This document shows positions 48,082 through 61,700 of a DNA stretch of 64,000 nt, piece after piece. Every line of letters starts with the position of its first letter. Within the stretch, counting starts at the first letter, position 1. The stretch covers positions 1 to 64,000 of the forward strand of contig JAQGDQ010000633.1 in NCBI GenBank assembly GCA_030141605.1, written 5' to 3'. This stretch comes from Tubiluchus corallicola (Eukaryota; Animalia; Priapulida). Under the pieces are notes generated by a model, which was not told where the DNA came from, ran no database searches, and saw only the letters and a program-made list of their open reading frames with translations. The translations under genes were made by a program, and so were the position numbers.

Positions 48082-48350
48082 CTGTCATGCTTGCTAGGAT
48101 TTTCCATCTTTGGATTTGGCAGCTCTCCAAACTTGTTGAATACGAACTGAGTGGTCGCTACGGCCGAGTCGATGTCGAAATGCTTGCTACTCGTCACCTC
48201 CTCTTTTGCGGAGGAGTACGGTGAGCAATGCTTGGCCGTCCTACGAGCTTTACGCTGGACTTTCCCGCCACCGGACGCATGACTAGTATTAAAATTGCTC
48301 GGCCACCATTCCTCCAGAGACATCTGTGTGTCGCAATCTAGCTCCTCCAT
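48082..48350 (-). CDS. NFAT5: NFAT5 N-terminal exon
   Basis: tttaccacag|ATG GAG GAG...CAT GAC AG|gtgtga; the phase-2 end fits the RHD exon. The donor was chosen by phase. Confidence 0.7.
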
Positions 48351-49385
48351 CTGTGGTAAAAAAAAACAAAACTGTAACGTTGTACAGAGAACAGTGATCA
48401 CACTAGAAGGGTTATCACCTCTTCACGAATGCGTTAAGAGTCAGCTGGGAGGCTGAGACCGAACCCAGGAAGCCAACAACATGTCTGCTTTATTTTAGAC
48501 ATTTTTGAAGGCCTTTTTCACAAATAAAAATCCAGAAATTTAAACCAGAACGTAGTACAAATTTTCTTGATTTTAGACTCTAAACTCCAAAATTTACTTA
48601 GAAGTGGAAGCAGTGTGCATGAATTTTAGGAATTCCTTCCCAATCTGAATGCACTTCTGATGCTTTTGAGATTTGTGAAGACAGATGGTGAATGTTGTGT
48701 GAATTAAAGCTAAGCCGAAAGACTGCTTACATTGAAGCAGTTGAAACTACAGCAAAAGTTGGTAAAAAAACAGTGTTAAATCATGAAGCCATGTAAGCAT
48801 TTAAATTTAAGATTACTATTTCTATTCAGACATAGTATATTTTAATTTTATGCTTTGTAGGCAATTCTTTGCAAATTTCTTTGTTATATTTTTCTAAGTT
48901 TAAGTGAGAACAATAAAATAAACCCAACATACTGAGTGACTTGTTCTTTCCTTCAGAGAAGTTCTATTTACAGCCCGTTCGTAAATCATTGAAAAATGGC
49001 TCTATTACTGTTAGTGTCTAGAAACCACAAAAGGGACAGAAAACCAAGAAACAGTACAAATGGTACACTCATATCTCGGTTTGCCGGACCTCGGTTTTAC
49101 AGATATCGGAAAATTCAGACAAAATGTGCTCTGTTAAAAGTCCTTCATAATACGGACACAGGCCATTATCTCATCAGTTGACCGCCAGTTGATGGTCTGT
49201 CACTTTGTTTACATCACAAACATCAGAGTAACCACGTGTATATCTTTATATATAAAAATATAGAGTCAATTATGCAGATTTATTTGAGTCAATTACCGAC
49301 AATCTTTAAATACTTTTGCAAAGGAGTGATTACTAGATGTTTTCAAGACAATAAGGCAATTGGTTCTTTATTATATTTTTCTAAA

Positions 49386-49730
49386 TTTAAGTGATAACAG
49401 TAAAATAAACCCAACATGCTGAGTGACTTGTTCTTTCCTTTAGCACACCACAAACAGTTTAAGTGATAACAGTAAAATAAACCCAACATACTGAGTGACT
49501 TGTTCTTTCCTTTAGCACACCACAAACAGTTTAAGTGATAATAGTAAAATAAACCCAACATGCTGAGTAACATGTTCTTTCCTTTAGCACACCACAAACA
49601 GTTTAAGTGAAAACAGTAAAATAAACCCAACATACTGAGTGACTTGTTCTTTCCTCTAGCACACCACAAACAGTTTAAGTGAAAACAGTAAAATAAACCT
49701 AACATACTGAGTGACTTGTTCTTTCCTTTA
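49386..49730. repeat. 72-bp minisatellite, ~5 copies, derived from a dispersed repeat (monomers near 28055-28110 and 48898-48953)
   Basis: tttaagtgataacagtaaaataaacccaacatgctgagtgacttgttctttcctttagcacaccacaaacag. Confidence 0.9.
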
Positions 49731-51189
49731 AAACCCAATTGTTTAGCTTTTGAAAAATGAAGACCTCTAGACCTCTGTCTTCAATATTCACTGTTTAATG
49801 CAAATCATTTTAATAGGTTAAAAATTATTGGAAATTTGCCAACATGCTAACCGTCAGGCCTATTCTATTGCAGTCATTTTTTACGCAAAAAAATTCTTGG
49901 CAAATACTCTGTAGGCACAAGTTATATAAAATAGGCACACCTTTATTTGATTAGCAAAAGAAGGTACATACAGTAGTGGTATAAAAAAACTTTGATACGT
50001 TTGAATATAACCCACATTGCTAGATCAGCACATTTTGTTTGTATAAATGCTCTGGTTTAGATATAGAAAAAGTGCAAACGTTCGTTTGTGTACACAGTGG
50101 TCATTTTATCAATATTAGTATGTCGATTATTAAAAATCACACTACAGCACTGTAGTTTATCGCGTTACTTGGGCTGCATAAGTAAATTGCGTAGATTATT
50201 ACATGCATTCCCACCGCAGTTTAGAGTATATAGTAAACTACGTATAACTTGATGTGTTATAACTTGAATTCTTGTGCATTTCGAACAGATCTCGTGGAAA
50301 GAAATTTCTTTTTCATTTTTCTCTTTAGCAAACACCATGTAACTCAAAATCTGAAACTCGAATTATTGTGTTTCGTAAGTGAGGTAGTTGAACTCAACCC
50401 GAATTCCCGGTACAATTCTTAAGAATCTGATTTAAATCACCTCGCCTATCTCAAACAGCCTCCCAAGTGAGAAGTCCTACATGAAAGTGTGCACTACATC
50501 ACGATTTTAACTGCTAGTTTGGCAGAAATGCTAAGATTTCTTGTATTACCTTAGCAGAACTCTGCACACAAAATGGCTTAACGAACGTGGTTTAATGAAG
50601 ATTACAATATTATTATAGCCAAATTCTATTAACCATGCTAACCATTAAACATAGAGGTGGACCAATCAACTTTTACTTTTGATTATTCATAAAAACTGTT
50701 GTTTAATATTTGATTAAAAGCTGTCAAGTTTGTCATTTTCACAGGGTGTAGTGTAACTAGCAGACTGTCCAACATTGACGAGTGACTCAATCTTGTTTTC
50801 TTACGAACATTGTCTAACTCAAACTTTCGCATAACTCGAATAAATGTTCCGGTCCGGATAAATGTTCGAGTTATACGCTGCTTACTGTATATTCACTTTG
50901 CAGAGCTGAGGCATTTACAGTGCTACACAAAACGAACTCATTTGTGCGCAAAAATAAATGCAAGTATACAAGAAATAAAACTGTAATCTCTAGAGAAGTC
51001 ATGGAGTAGATAAGTGACCAATTCATTTTGACAATACAGTAGCAACCATTATATAGACTGATGGTTAACAGAATCAGTCGCTTAATTGACTCAAAAATGT
51101 CTGGTACGGGCTGCTCCTATTCAAATGTATATAAAAACTATCAGTAAATATGTTATCAGTATGTATCAGTGCATTAATATGTTAGTATA

Positions 51190-51966
51190 GCAGTTTTGCT
51201 TTGAATCTGTCACCCGCTTGTCCACTGCAGTTAACCTCATTGTTTCTGGAAGCTAAACATTTAATCACTTGACCAGCGGTTTGCTTTGAATCTGTCACCC
51301 GCTTGTCCACTGCAGTTAACCTCGTTGTTTCTGGAAGCTAAACATTTAATCACTTGACCAGTGGTTTGCTTTGAATCTGTCACCCGCTGGCCACTGCAGT
51401 TAACCTCATTGTTTCTGGAAGCTAAACATTTAATCACTTGACCAGTGGTTTGCTTTGAGTCTGTCACCCGCTTGTCCACTGCAGTTAACCTCGTTGTTTC
51501 TGGAAGCTAAACATTTAATCACTTGACCAGCAGTTTGCTTTGAATGTGTCACCCGCTTGTCCACTGCAGTTAACCTCGTTGTTTCTGGAAGCTAAACATT
51601 TAATCACTTGACCAGCGGTTTGCTTTGAATCTGTCACTCGCTTGTCCACTTCAGTTAACCTCATTGTTTCTGGGAGCTAAACATTTAATCACTTGACCAG
51701 CGGTTTGCTTTGAATCTGTCACCCGCTTGTCCACTGCAGTTAACCTCGTTGCTTCTGGAAGCTAAACATTTAATGACTTGACCAGTGGTTTTGCTTTGAA
51801 TCTGTCAGCCGCTTGTCCACTGCAATTAACCTCGTTGTTTCTGGAAGCTAAACATTTAATCACTTGACCAGCGGTTTGCTTTGAATCTGTCACCCGCTTG
51901 TCCACTGCAGTTAACCTCATTGTTTCTGGAAGCTAAACATTTAGTCACTTGACCAGCGGTTTGCTT
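51190..51966. repeat. 87-bp minisatellite, ~9 copies
   Basis: tttgctttgaatctgtcacccgcttgtccactgcagttaacctc...aatcacttgaccagcgg. Confidence 0.95.
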
Positions 51967-52518
51967 TTAAAGTTCCCTCTGCTTTTCACAGAGGAAACAA
52001 GATCATCACCAACTTCAGCTCAAGCACTAGGTGACTAGGTGTTTTGAGTGAATATGTACAGTATACAGTAACAGATTTAAGTTTTTATCATTAAGAGAAT
52101 TTCATAAACCAACTTCTGCGTGAAGAAATGAAGCAACTGACCTCGCATGTATTTTTGTAATTTTTACTGGTAATAAACAGATTTGTGGGGTTTTTTTATT
52201 TTTTTTATTAATTTATATAAATTAATATTCTTAACTAATTGCACATATGAATTTTGACATTGATTCATTTCTAAAATTCATTTCTAAAATTCGTTTCTAA
52301 AATTTGCTTAAATCCTTTGCAATGCATACTAAGGTAATGAGTGATGACTCATAGTTCTATAGTAACAACAAGTTAATTGAATCAGCCGGTTAATTGGGTC
52401 AAGACACTTCCTTCCCAAATCGAGTCAATTAGGCGAATGATTCTATTAACCGTGAGTCTAATAAGCAGCACCTACTGTAGTCATCAAAAACATTTGAGCA
52501 AAATGTAAATTGTCAAAC

Positions 52519-52710
52519 CTTGACCGTGATAGGATGGGCAAGCTTCTCTTCATCCAACTGACCCGGGTCAGTCGTGTCTTCCCGCTCCGAGTCTGATGTC
52601 AAGCCATGAGAATCGCTGTCGACGGGCTGCTGAGAATCGTCTACTGACAGGAAACTGTCATCTAACTCTTGAACAGTCGGTCGAAACATTACCCTTTGTT
52701 TAGGCACAGT
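52519..52710 (-). CDS. NFAT5: NFAT5 N-terminal acidic exon
   Basis: ttcctaacag|TVPKQRVMFRPTVQELDDSF...LAHPITVK|gtttga; 192 nt, phase 0-0. Confidence 0.7.
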
Positions 52711-53019
52711 CTGTTAGGAAAAAAAAGATCATTGTTACAAAATGGCATCTGAATACCTTGCTGATCTTTTAATATGTCGTAACATACCCCAAACACGTTC
52801 TAATGCTAATGAACTAGTATGTAAGTAAGTATCTTTATTTATCGCCTTTTTTACAAGACAAACACAAAGCATGAAACGATAATATATGATACAAAGTGAC
52901 AAGGTTATTAAATGAATAAATTATCTGAGTTAATGGTGTTCAAGTGATTGGTGAAAGGGTGGCGAAAAACTAAAAGTTACCAAAGTCAACAGATTAATTC
53001 ATTTACATCAGCCAATTCC

Positions 53020-53285
53020 TAATGCAGTATTCTATGGTGAAAAAGCTTTTTCTGTCTGTACACGTCTCTGGAACGACTTACTGCTGCTATACGTTCTACA
53101 AATCTATTAGACTGTTTTAAACAACATCTTAAAACACATTTATTCAAATTCTACATTTATCATATTTGATGCCCTTTTAAATTTTATGTTCCTTGTGAAT
53201 TTTTAATGTAATTTATTGTTCAGCGTGCTGAGATTTTAAATGATTTAAAGAGCTATATAAATAAATTTTACATTACATTACATTG
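53020..53285 (+). mobile_element. L2-like LINE 3' end
   Basis: YGEKAFSV..RLWNDL...FKQHLKTHLF relic, then gctatataaataaa and a (TTACA)n tail. Confidence 0.7.
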
Positions 53286-54415
53286 TTATAAACACTGCCT
53301 AGTGTCGGCTCGGTGTCCAGCTTACATTGTTATAAACACTGCCTAGTGTCGGCTCGATGCCCTGCTTACGTTGTTATAAACACTGTCTAGTGTCGGCTCG
53401 GTGCCCAGCTTACGTTGTTATAAACACTACCTAGTGTCGGCTCGATGCCCAGCTTACATTGTTATAAACACTGTCTAGTGTCTGCTCGATGCCCAGCTTA
53501 CGTTGTTATAAACACTACCTAGTGTCGGCTCGATGCCCAGCTTACGTTGTTATAAACACTGTCTAGTGTCGGCTCGATGCCCTGCTTACGTTGTTATAAA
53601 CACTACCTAGTGTCGGCTCGATGCCCTGCTTACATTGTTATAAACACTACCTAGTGTCGGCTCGATGCCCTGCTTACGTTGTTATAAACACTGTCTAGTG
53701 TCGGCTCGATGCCCAGCTTACATTGTTATAAACACTGCCTAGTGTCGGCTTGATGCCCAGCTTACATTGTTATAAACACTGCCTAGTGTCGGCTCGATGC
53801 CCTGCTTACATTGTTATAAACACTACCTAGTGTCAGCTCGATGCCCTGCTTACGTTGTTATAAACACTACCTAGTGTCGGCTCGATGCCCTGCTTACATT
53901 GTTATAAACACTGCCTAGTGTCGGCTTGATGCCCAGCTTACGTTGTTATAAACACTGCCTAGTGTCGGCTCGATGCCCAGCTTACATTGTTATAAACACT
54001 GTCTAGTGTCTGCTCGATGCCCAGCTTACGTTGTTATAAACACTACCTAGTGTCGGCTCGATGCCCAGCTTACGTTGTATAAACACTGTCTAGTGTCGGC
54101 TCGATGCCCTGCTTACGTTGTTATAAACACTACCTAGTGTCGACTCGATGCCCAGCTTACGTTGTTATAAACACTGCCTAGTGTCGGCTCGATGCCCAGC
54201 TTACGTTGTTATAAACACTGCCTAGTGTCGGCTCGATGCCCAGCTTACATTGTTATAAACACTGCCTAGTGTCGGCTCGATGCCCAGCTTACATTGTTAT
54301 AAACACTGCCTAGTGTCGGCTCGATGCCCAGCTTACATTGTTATAAACACTGCCTAGTGTCGGCTTGATGCCCTGCTTACATTGTTATAAACACTGCCTA
54401 GTGTCGGTTCGATGC
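53278..54415. repeat. 44-bp minisatellite, ~26 copies, starting in the LINE tail
   Basis: ttacattgttataaacactgcctagtgtcggctcgatgcccagc. Confidence 0.95.
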
Positions 54416-54819
54416 TCTACTTTTTGCTTAAAGATTGTAGTCCACTCTTCCATCTAATTTGTCCCTATTTCTGCATTTCTTACAATTTATAATATAGATA
54501 CAAATGTACACAATAATCTATACAATCAGTGATAGAAAATGGGATATCTATTAGCAAAATTTCAGACAAAATGTTTAATTATATAGTGCAACCATGAATT
54601 TCAATTGTCGTTGTTTAGTCATTCATCAAGCAACTAACTATGTACATATAAGAGAGGTGTATAATGTAACAAACAAACACAACAACTGCGCCATCTGTGT
54701 AACAAGATATAAAATGTGTAATAACGTTCAAATAAAATTACAAAATTTCAAATAAAATAAATAAGCAATGTGAAAAAAAACGAGTATGGATGATACTAGA
54801 TACAAGAGAGAGAACTGTT

Positions 54820-55270
54820 GAGAGAACACGCGAGATAGAATACACGAGATGGAAAACGCGAGATAGAAAACGTGAGATAGAACATGCGAGATAAAAAACA
54901 CGAGATAGAACACGCGAGATGGAAAACGCGAGATAGAAAACGTGAGATAGAACATGCGAGATAGAACATGCGAGATAGAAAACACGAGATAGAACACGCG
55001 AGATGGAAAACGCGAGATAGAAAACGTGAGATAGAACATGCGAGATAGAAAACACGAGATAGAACACGCGAGATAGAAAACACGATATAGAACATGCAAG
55101 ATAGAAAACGTGAGCTACAACACGCGAGATAGAAAACGCGAGATACAACACGCAAGATAGAAAACGTGAGATAGAAAACGCAAGATAGAAAGTGCGAGAT
55201 AGAAAACGCGAGATAGAAAATGTGAGATACAACACGCGAGATAGAAACGCGCGATAGAAAATGCGAGATA
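54820..55270. repeat. Degenerate 14-bp minisatellite
   Basis: gagatagaaaacgc and variants. Confidence 0.9.
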
Positions 55271-55401
55271 AAGCGATTGACAGATGCTTAACGAGGGAGA
55301 GCAAACTAACGACAAAAAGTCTTTACAAAGGCTTCACCCTGTGAATCTACCGTAATCGACATGGAAAAATTAAAACAAACAAAGAAAAAGAACTTTTGTA
55401 C

Positions 55402-55539
55402 TTTTCGTCTCTTGCAGTTCTGATGACGTCCTGCTTGCGAGTCGGTACTCCCCGTGCTGGAATCTGATTCTCCACCTCCTTCCATCACACGATCCTCTGC
55501 TGCCTTGTCCATCACACGATCCTCTGCTGCTTTGTCCAT
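55402..55539 (-). CDS. NFAT5: NFAT5 probable first coding exon
   Basis: Acceptor at 55613; in-frame TAA upstream of ATG 55539; MDKAAEDRV...CKRRK|gtacaa. Splicing gives KRRK-TVPKQR, resembling the human NFAT5 NLS (RKSRKRNPKQR). Confidence 0.6.
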
Positions 55540-55709
55540 ATATCCTTGTCTGCTTGATTAGTGCGCAAGACAATGTACGTCGTATAACTTTTGCCATTCA
55601 ATACGCGGCTCACTAATAAAAATAGAAAGTTCTGCCTTAAATAATAACGATAAATTAATTTTTATCTTTATGTAATTTTGCAAAACTCACTAACACTACC
55701 TAGTAAATA

Positions 55710-55931
55710 GAAATGTACCTCTCAACTTGACTTCGCAGGATTAACTTTCACTGTGCACTAATTTAATTGCATAATTCAAAACATGAACACTTTGCCACAA
55801 AATTAAGTTAGTAAAACTTCAGAAAACAGAAACATGAAACATCTGTTGAAACATTGCCAAGTGATAAGTAACAAAGTTGAATGCGCACTTAGTTTCTTAC
55901 ATTGCTTCACTTCGAGTAGCTTGCCACCAGA
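55710..55931 (+). repeat. ~222-bp dispersed direct repeat, copy 1 (copy 2 at 58557-58778)
   Basis: gaaatgtacctctcaa...gagtagcttgccaccaga, near-identical between copies. Confidence 0.9.
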
Positions 55932-56118
55932 TATATTACCACTTTGACATGTTTACAAAAATCTTATAACTCTGTAAACAAAATCAACCGTTGACTTTAC
56001 GTCCCAACCGCTTCTGAAATTACGTCTCACAATTTCACCAAATTTTAAGCTTTAAATTTCCATGTTATGAAATCTTTTGTGCAAAAGCTTAAAATTACAC
56101 TTATTAGCACAAGCTCAC

Positions 56119-56500
56119 CGCTTCTTTTCAACTCACTTTTTTACTTTAATTTGAACTTAATGAATTCAAGATCATGTCTGCTAAGAATCTAAATGTTTTC
56201 TTCCTGTTTATATTCTATCCCGAGAAAACTTCTTGTTTATAATGAATTCTTCTTTTCTGCAGTCACTCATAAATTGATTGTTAAGTTTAACAGCACAAAA
56301 ACGATAATATAGATAGAAGATATATCGAAAGGAGATATATAGCTCTTTAGAAAGAGGATAAACAGGGCTACACGATGATGAAGGCTATATTTTAGGGCAC
56401 ATCCACCAAAAGGAGTACAGACGAGTTAATTAGATGTTCTATTTTTGGCAATTTTCGCTTAGAAAACTGCTGACGCAAAGCCATTGTTCTGACGTCATCC
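56119..56500 (-). promoter_or_regulatory. Candidate NFAT5 non-coding first exon and promoter
   Basis: Donor AAGCG|gtgagc at ~56118; CRE palindrome TGACGTCA at 56490-56497 and TGACGCAA at 56471. Confidence 0.3.
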
Positions 56501-58556
56501 ATTATACTCTGCTTATAACTTTAATTCAGCAAAACTGCAGCTGCTGTTGCTGCTGCTCGCTTTGCGTTGTAAATAAGGACTATGTACAATGTTCGCGTAT
56601 AATTGATTATAAGTGTGTTTATTCGCAAAATTTTTTGCGGGGCCTTTGCTAGTTATATTATTAATATAGATACGATAAGGATATATTAATTCTGCCTACG
56701 CTGTATTAACAGTATTCAATGCAGTACTACGTCAGCTGACTCATTGACAAGTCGTGTAATGAAGTAATAAAGGTCTGGCAGAAAATACCACATGATAAAC
56801 TTAGTCAAATACCTTGTGTAGAAAACCACTAACTTCCCTGACTCACAGCTCGTGTGTTCAGGCTTTTGAGGTGTAATAAATGACTTCTAACTTGCTTCTT
56901 CAGCCTCTAACACAGAATTTACGAATTGTATCTGAATTTAGTTGTACTAACGAAAATTCGATTTATAAATCTACTTGTGTTGCATAAGTATTTGTTTATT
57001 ATGCGGAATGAACTGATTAAATTTAAAAAAGCTTGACGTAATAGTGCAGTTAATTAAAATGCACCAGCGATTTGTGAATAGAAATTTATTAATGAATATA
57101 AATGATTACAGTTTCTTCACTGCCGCTGAATCTTAACAATTGGGTACCCGGTACCCGATGGGTATAAGAAATATGATACCTGAGTCTGATTTTTGTTACC
57201 CGTGGAAACACTAACTGGTAAGTTAAAGTTTAATGTTAATTTAGCCGCAGGGGTGTATCAAGACTTTACGACACACTAGGCTGATAGTTCTGTCCATCCA
57301 ATTTCTAATGTGAATTTATGGTTTTTTTTATGTAACGAGAAGATTAAATAATTACTTGTGGTGTATTAGCAACACTTACTTTCTATTAATTACAGGTCAC
57401 TATTAATTACATGTATTTGCATAACGCATATATTCAAGCAGGCTGCGCAACTGTTTGTCGTGTAATACCTTGCACCTGTTTGTTATGTGGCACTTATATA
57501 TAAGCTGTGCTCAGTAACTGCTTGTGGTGCGTTGTAAAATGCGCCCTTTACATGAATATGAAAGTATACATATCTTCCGAGAAAAATAAGAATTTTTTCT
57601 AATATGTGACGCCTCCTCAAACTTTGGTGCCTTAGGCTATAGTCTAGTTATTAGCTAATATGCCCCTGTTTAGCTGAAGTAATCTCATGTTATTCACATA
57701 CTGCATTATTTTCAGCATCCAGTTCATTTTGAAATTTTGTAACAGTATTTTACGTTTACTTTTAGGATACTAATTGTTATTTACATTGAGAAAGCTTTAT
57801 GTGGAGTCAAATGTCTGTTAAATAAACAGCAATGCTGAATCTCTTGCCTATCCATGTCCACCTTTTGTCCAGATCAGGGAAGCAAATCACACCTATTTTT
57901 TGATAATAAAAATTCACATGCTGTGACAAAAGTTATAATTTCTAAACATCCTCATGATCCCACTCCACCACCAACACAATGCATTAAATGGTACAAAATC
58001 GCAAAAGTTGCCTGAAGCATGTGTTATGAAATAACTGCTTCGGAAAGAAAAGAGAAAGCGAGAAAGAGTTAAGCTATTCTGAATAGAGAATTATAATAGA
58101 GAATTCCCGCTACAGTCAGAGAACGCTTTTTCGTAATAGCGGGAGCGCTGCTAACGTCATCCTAGAGCGCGTTTCAAAAGACAAACTGCTTGTAATCTTT
58201 TATGGTCAACGTCAACAATCTCTGCACAATTTCGGGCTACGTAACCCAAACACGTGTATCTACCTAGGTAACACCAGTCACCAACACGTTTACTTTAGTT
58301 CGTAATTGCGTGATTTGTCAGGTCACGTAATGTCTAAAGAATTTAATTCTTCCATAGACTCAAGGACAATAACGAAACTGGGAAGTTACTCTGAGGCGTG
58401 AAACTCAGCATTATGCGAGCGGAAGTGATATTGATTAGGACACCATTTCAGATTCAGAATTTGCCCGGTTTAACTGTAGTCGACTCACTATTGTTACAAC
58501 AGTCGCCTCGGACTGTTGCAGAAGTAAAGGGAGCGCATCTATATCAATCAGAAATG

Positions 58557-58778
58557 GAAATGTACCTCTCAATTTGACTTCGCAGGATTAACTTTAACTG
58601 TGCACTAGTTTAATTGCATAATTCAAAACATGAACACTTTGCCACAAAATTAAGTTACTAAAACTTCAGAAAACAGAAACATGAAACATCTGTTGAAACA
58701 TTGCCAAGTGATAACTAACAAACTTGAGTGCGCACTTAGTTTCTTACATTGCTTCACTTTGAGTAGCTTGCCACCAGA
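58557..58778 (+). repeat. ~222-bp dispersed direct repeat, copy 2
   Basis: Matches 55710-55931. Confidence 0.9.
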
Positions 58779-61700
58779 GTAACAAATATAAAACAGATCA
58801 CTACGACTACGACATAGTCGTAGCAGGAAGCAGGAAGGGAAAATTACAAAGTGAAATAGAAGTAAACATTGACCGACAGTTACTGTTAGCACACTATAAT
58901 GAAAAGAGGGAAATTGGAAGACAAGTAAAAAGAAAATTTAACTGACTGTAAAATAATTATGATACATATCAGCAGTGTTGTATAATTATTTAGATAAACT
59001 CTAACATAAGTTTTCTAACACTACAGTAATATTATAGTTGGAACACTAACTATGCTATGAATTACAATATTGGGGAATATACGGGGCTGTTTAAAAGTTA
59101 GTTTGTTTAGTTTATTTGTTTTGGTCAATGATTTGCTTTTCTAACTCTTTCTTAAACCATGCTAGAGTTAGATATGAGTTCATGGTGCCCTGTTCCAAGC
59201 AATTAAGTGGCCCCTGGAATTTGACAAATAATCTGTCTGCATCTGTCCTGCAGAAAGGTAGATTATATTCATTATTATTTTCTTGTGTGGTATCTTCTGT
59301 CAGTTAGTGTGACGGGTTTTTGTAAGACTTGAAAAAGCTTTTTACTGATTTCATACATGTATATAGATAAGTTGAAGTTAATAAGTCCATTGAGTTGAAT
59401 AATTTTGCTGTTTACAAAGCATGTCGTTGGCACATTTTCCCAAGTGTTTATGGCATAATTGTACTCTTATGTATCTTCTTTGTAGTGATCTGTATTTGTT
59501 TAGCTTTGTTTTATAAGTTTTATAAACAACAAATTATTATTACAACATGGAACAATAAGAACAACAACGATTCACTATTTTATTTACCATCAATAATGGG
59601 GTATAGAAATACCCATATTGGTCCCAATCTCAACTCACTATTTAGATGTGAAAGCTCCAGATTATTTACATCATTCTAATTTTTAACAATGTAAGAGACT
59701 ATATAGATGTGATTTATCTTACTCAAGAAAGAAATACTTGATTGTATCCATAACTTATCCAGCTTATATTTATATTTAAATAAACTGTACGGATATGAGT
59801 TATTGCAGAATAGATTGTGTTTTATAGACCTGTCTAAGGGCACGTGCTTACATTATGCACACAATAATACATGTCCCTATATAAACTATATATCTTTATA
59901 GTTTTTTAGTAGCCTTATAATTATGTGGTACCATGTCAAATATCTTACAAAACTCTAGATATATTATATCTATGCACCAAAAAGCACCACCACCACCAAC
60001 CACCACCAACAACAACAACAACAACAGGTTAACAACATTCAGAACATAAATAAGCTTTGGGTGCTTTTTATGTTCAGTTTTAAGGTTACTGTGAATTCCT
60101 TAATTGCCAGTATTTTCTCTAAGTTTTTAACTTTTTAAAATAAGCAGGTCGAAATTGAATGGCATGGAAATTCACACTGACCCTTAATCCAGACGAATAG
60201 AGGCAGACAGTAGAGGCCAAGATTATTTTGGGATATAATTACATCTATGATGAATCTAAGAATATAATGTATTATTGAACTGCATTCAAAATACAATTTT
60301 GCGAGACGTCTGCAAGATGGGTTGGGGTACCTTGAATTCGAGTTTTCGAGTCTCTGATCTCACACCTCAAGGTTGCTGGCTAGAGAAGACGCCTTAGAGT
60401 CTTCTATAATTAATAATAATTATTACCTATTAACTTAACAATATTCTTATGTAATAAATTATTCTATACTATCAGTTGATGTTTATGTACCCCTAGCAAA
60501 GATTACGTTGTACCACAAATAAAAAACAAAGTAAAGCAGGCTGAAGCAGTCGGTACCCACTCGCTAAGGCAAAGTTGGCGTGCAAGTGGCGCCACTTTTC
60601 CCATGAAGTTCATTGATAAAGTATTTTTCGTATCATGAGACCGCTAGTATACTGCCACGGGTTTTGTTATTTTGCATTTTGCCTTGTTTTTTAAGTGAAC
60701 TTTTAAAGTTTTAATTTTAAACAAAAGACGAGGAAGATGCGTGCTATTTCTGTTTTAGCACAGCCGTTATGAGGTATTATATAACAATATATCTTAGTTG
60801 TAGTCAAAAGTATGTCATATTATATTTCTTCTGGCTGTCAGTTAACCATAAATGCTAAGGTGTGTTTTATTAGCAAATGATTACCATTTTTACAGGAAAT
60901 CGTATGTCTCTACCTTATGATTTTCAGAAACTTATCGCTTTTTAAATTTACTTTACATAGTTCCCAAGTTTCTGCATATTAAAGGTTTATATTTAGACCT
61001 TGCTGGCAAGCAAAATTCAATGAATCTTTGCCCTTAAACCTAAACTGTTTAGTGATAATTTTGTGAAATTTTGTGATATAAAACAAAATATGCAAATTTG
61101 CATCTTACTGTTTATTCACTAATGCAGTAATAGGCGTATTTTTTCAACGCCGACAGGTCATATATATTTCTTAGTGGAAGGGTATGGAAAATAAAATTTT
61201 TTTGTGTAAGATGCCATTTTGAATTTTGTTTTATTATGCAACATAAACTGTAAAGGTAAATAAAAACAAACTTTGTTTTTATTATAGCCCCCTTACAATG
61301 GAACAATATTCCTCCAAACATAAAAAGCAGCAAATCTATAAATATTTTTAAAACAGCTTTGAAATGCCATATGTTTTGTCTTATGTCTAATAGTCAATAA
61401 TCCACTTTGTTGGTGATTCGTACCGGTCATTTAGCATCCATCTGCCGGTTTCTTGTCAAAAATCAGTTGCAGCTAATGTGAACATGGTCATTGTTTTCTC
61501 ATTTCATGTTTTCTTTCTACTAACTGCAACATAGCTCTTCTTTATTTTCTTCTTTTCTCATCATCTACCTTCTACATTCCTTATTTCACCTTTCATGGTG
61601 GCTTAACAAGGTCCCCTTTTTAGCTTGCAAACTTCAGCCCCTTAATATAGTATTTCTAGGGTGTCAGAATGTATTTTATTTTTTTTTGCTGTTTTCAATT

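Noticed and set aside
52519-52545. Calcineurin-docking PxIxIT motif (LAHPITVK)
   Set aside because: The register does not fit PxIxIT, and the RHD loop is NFAT5-type.
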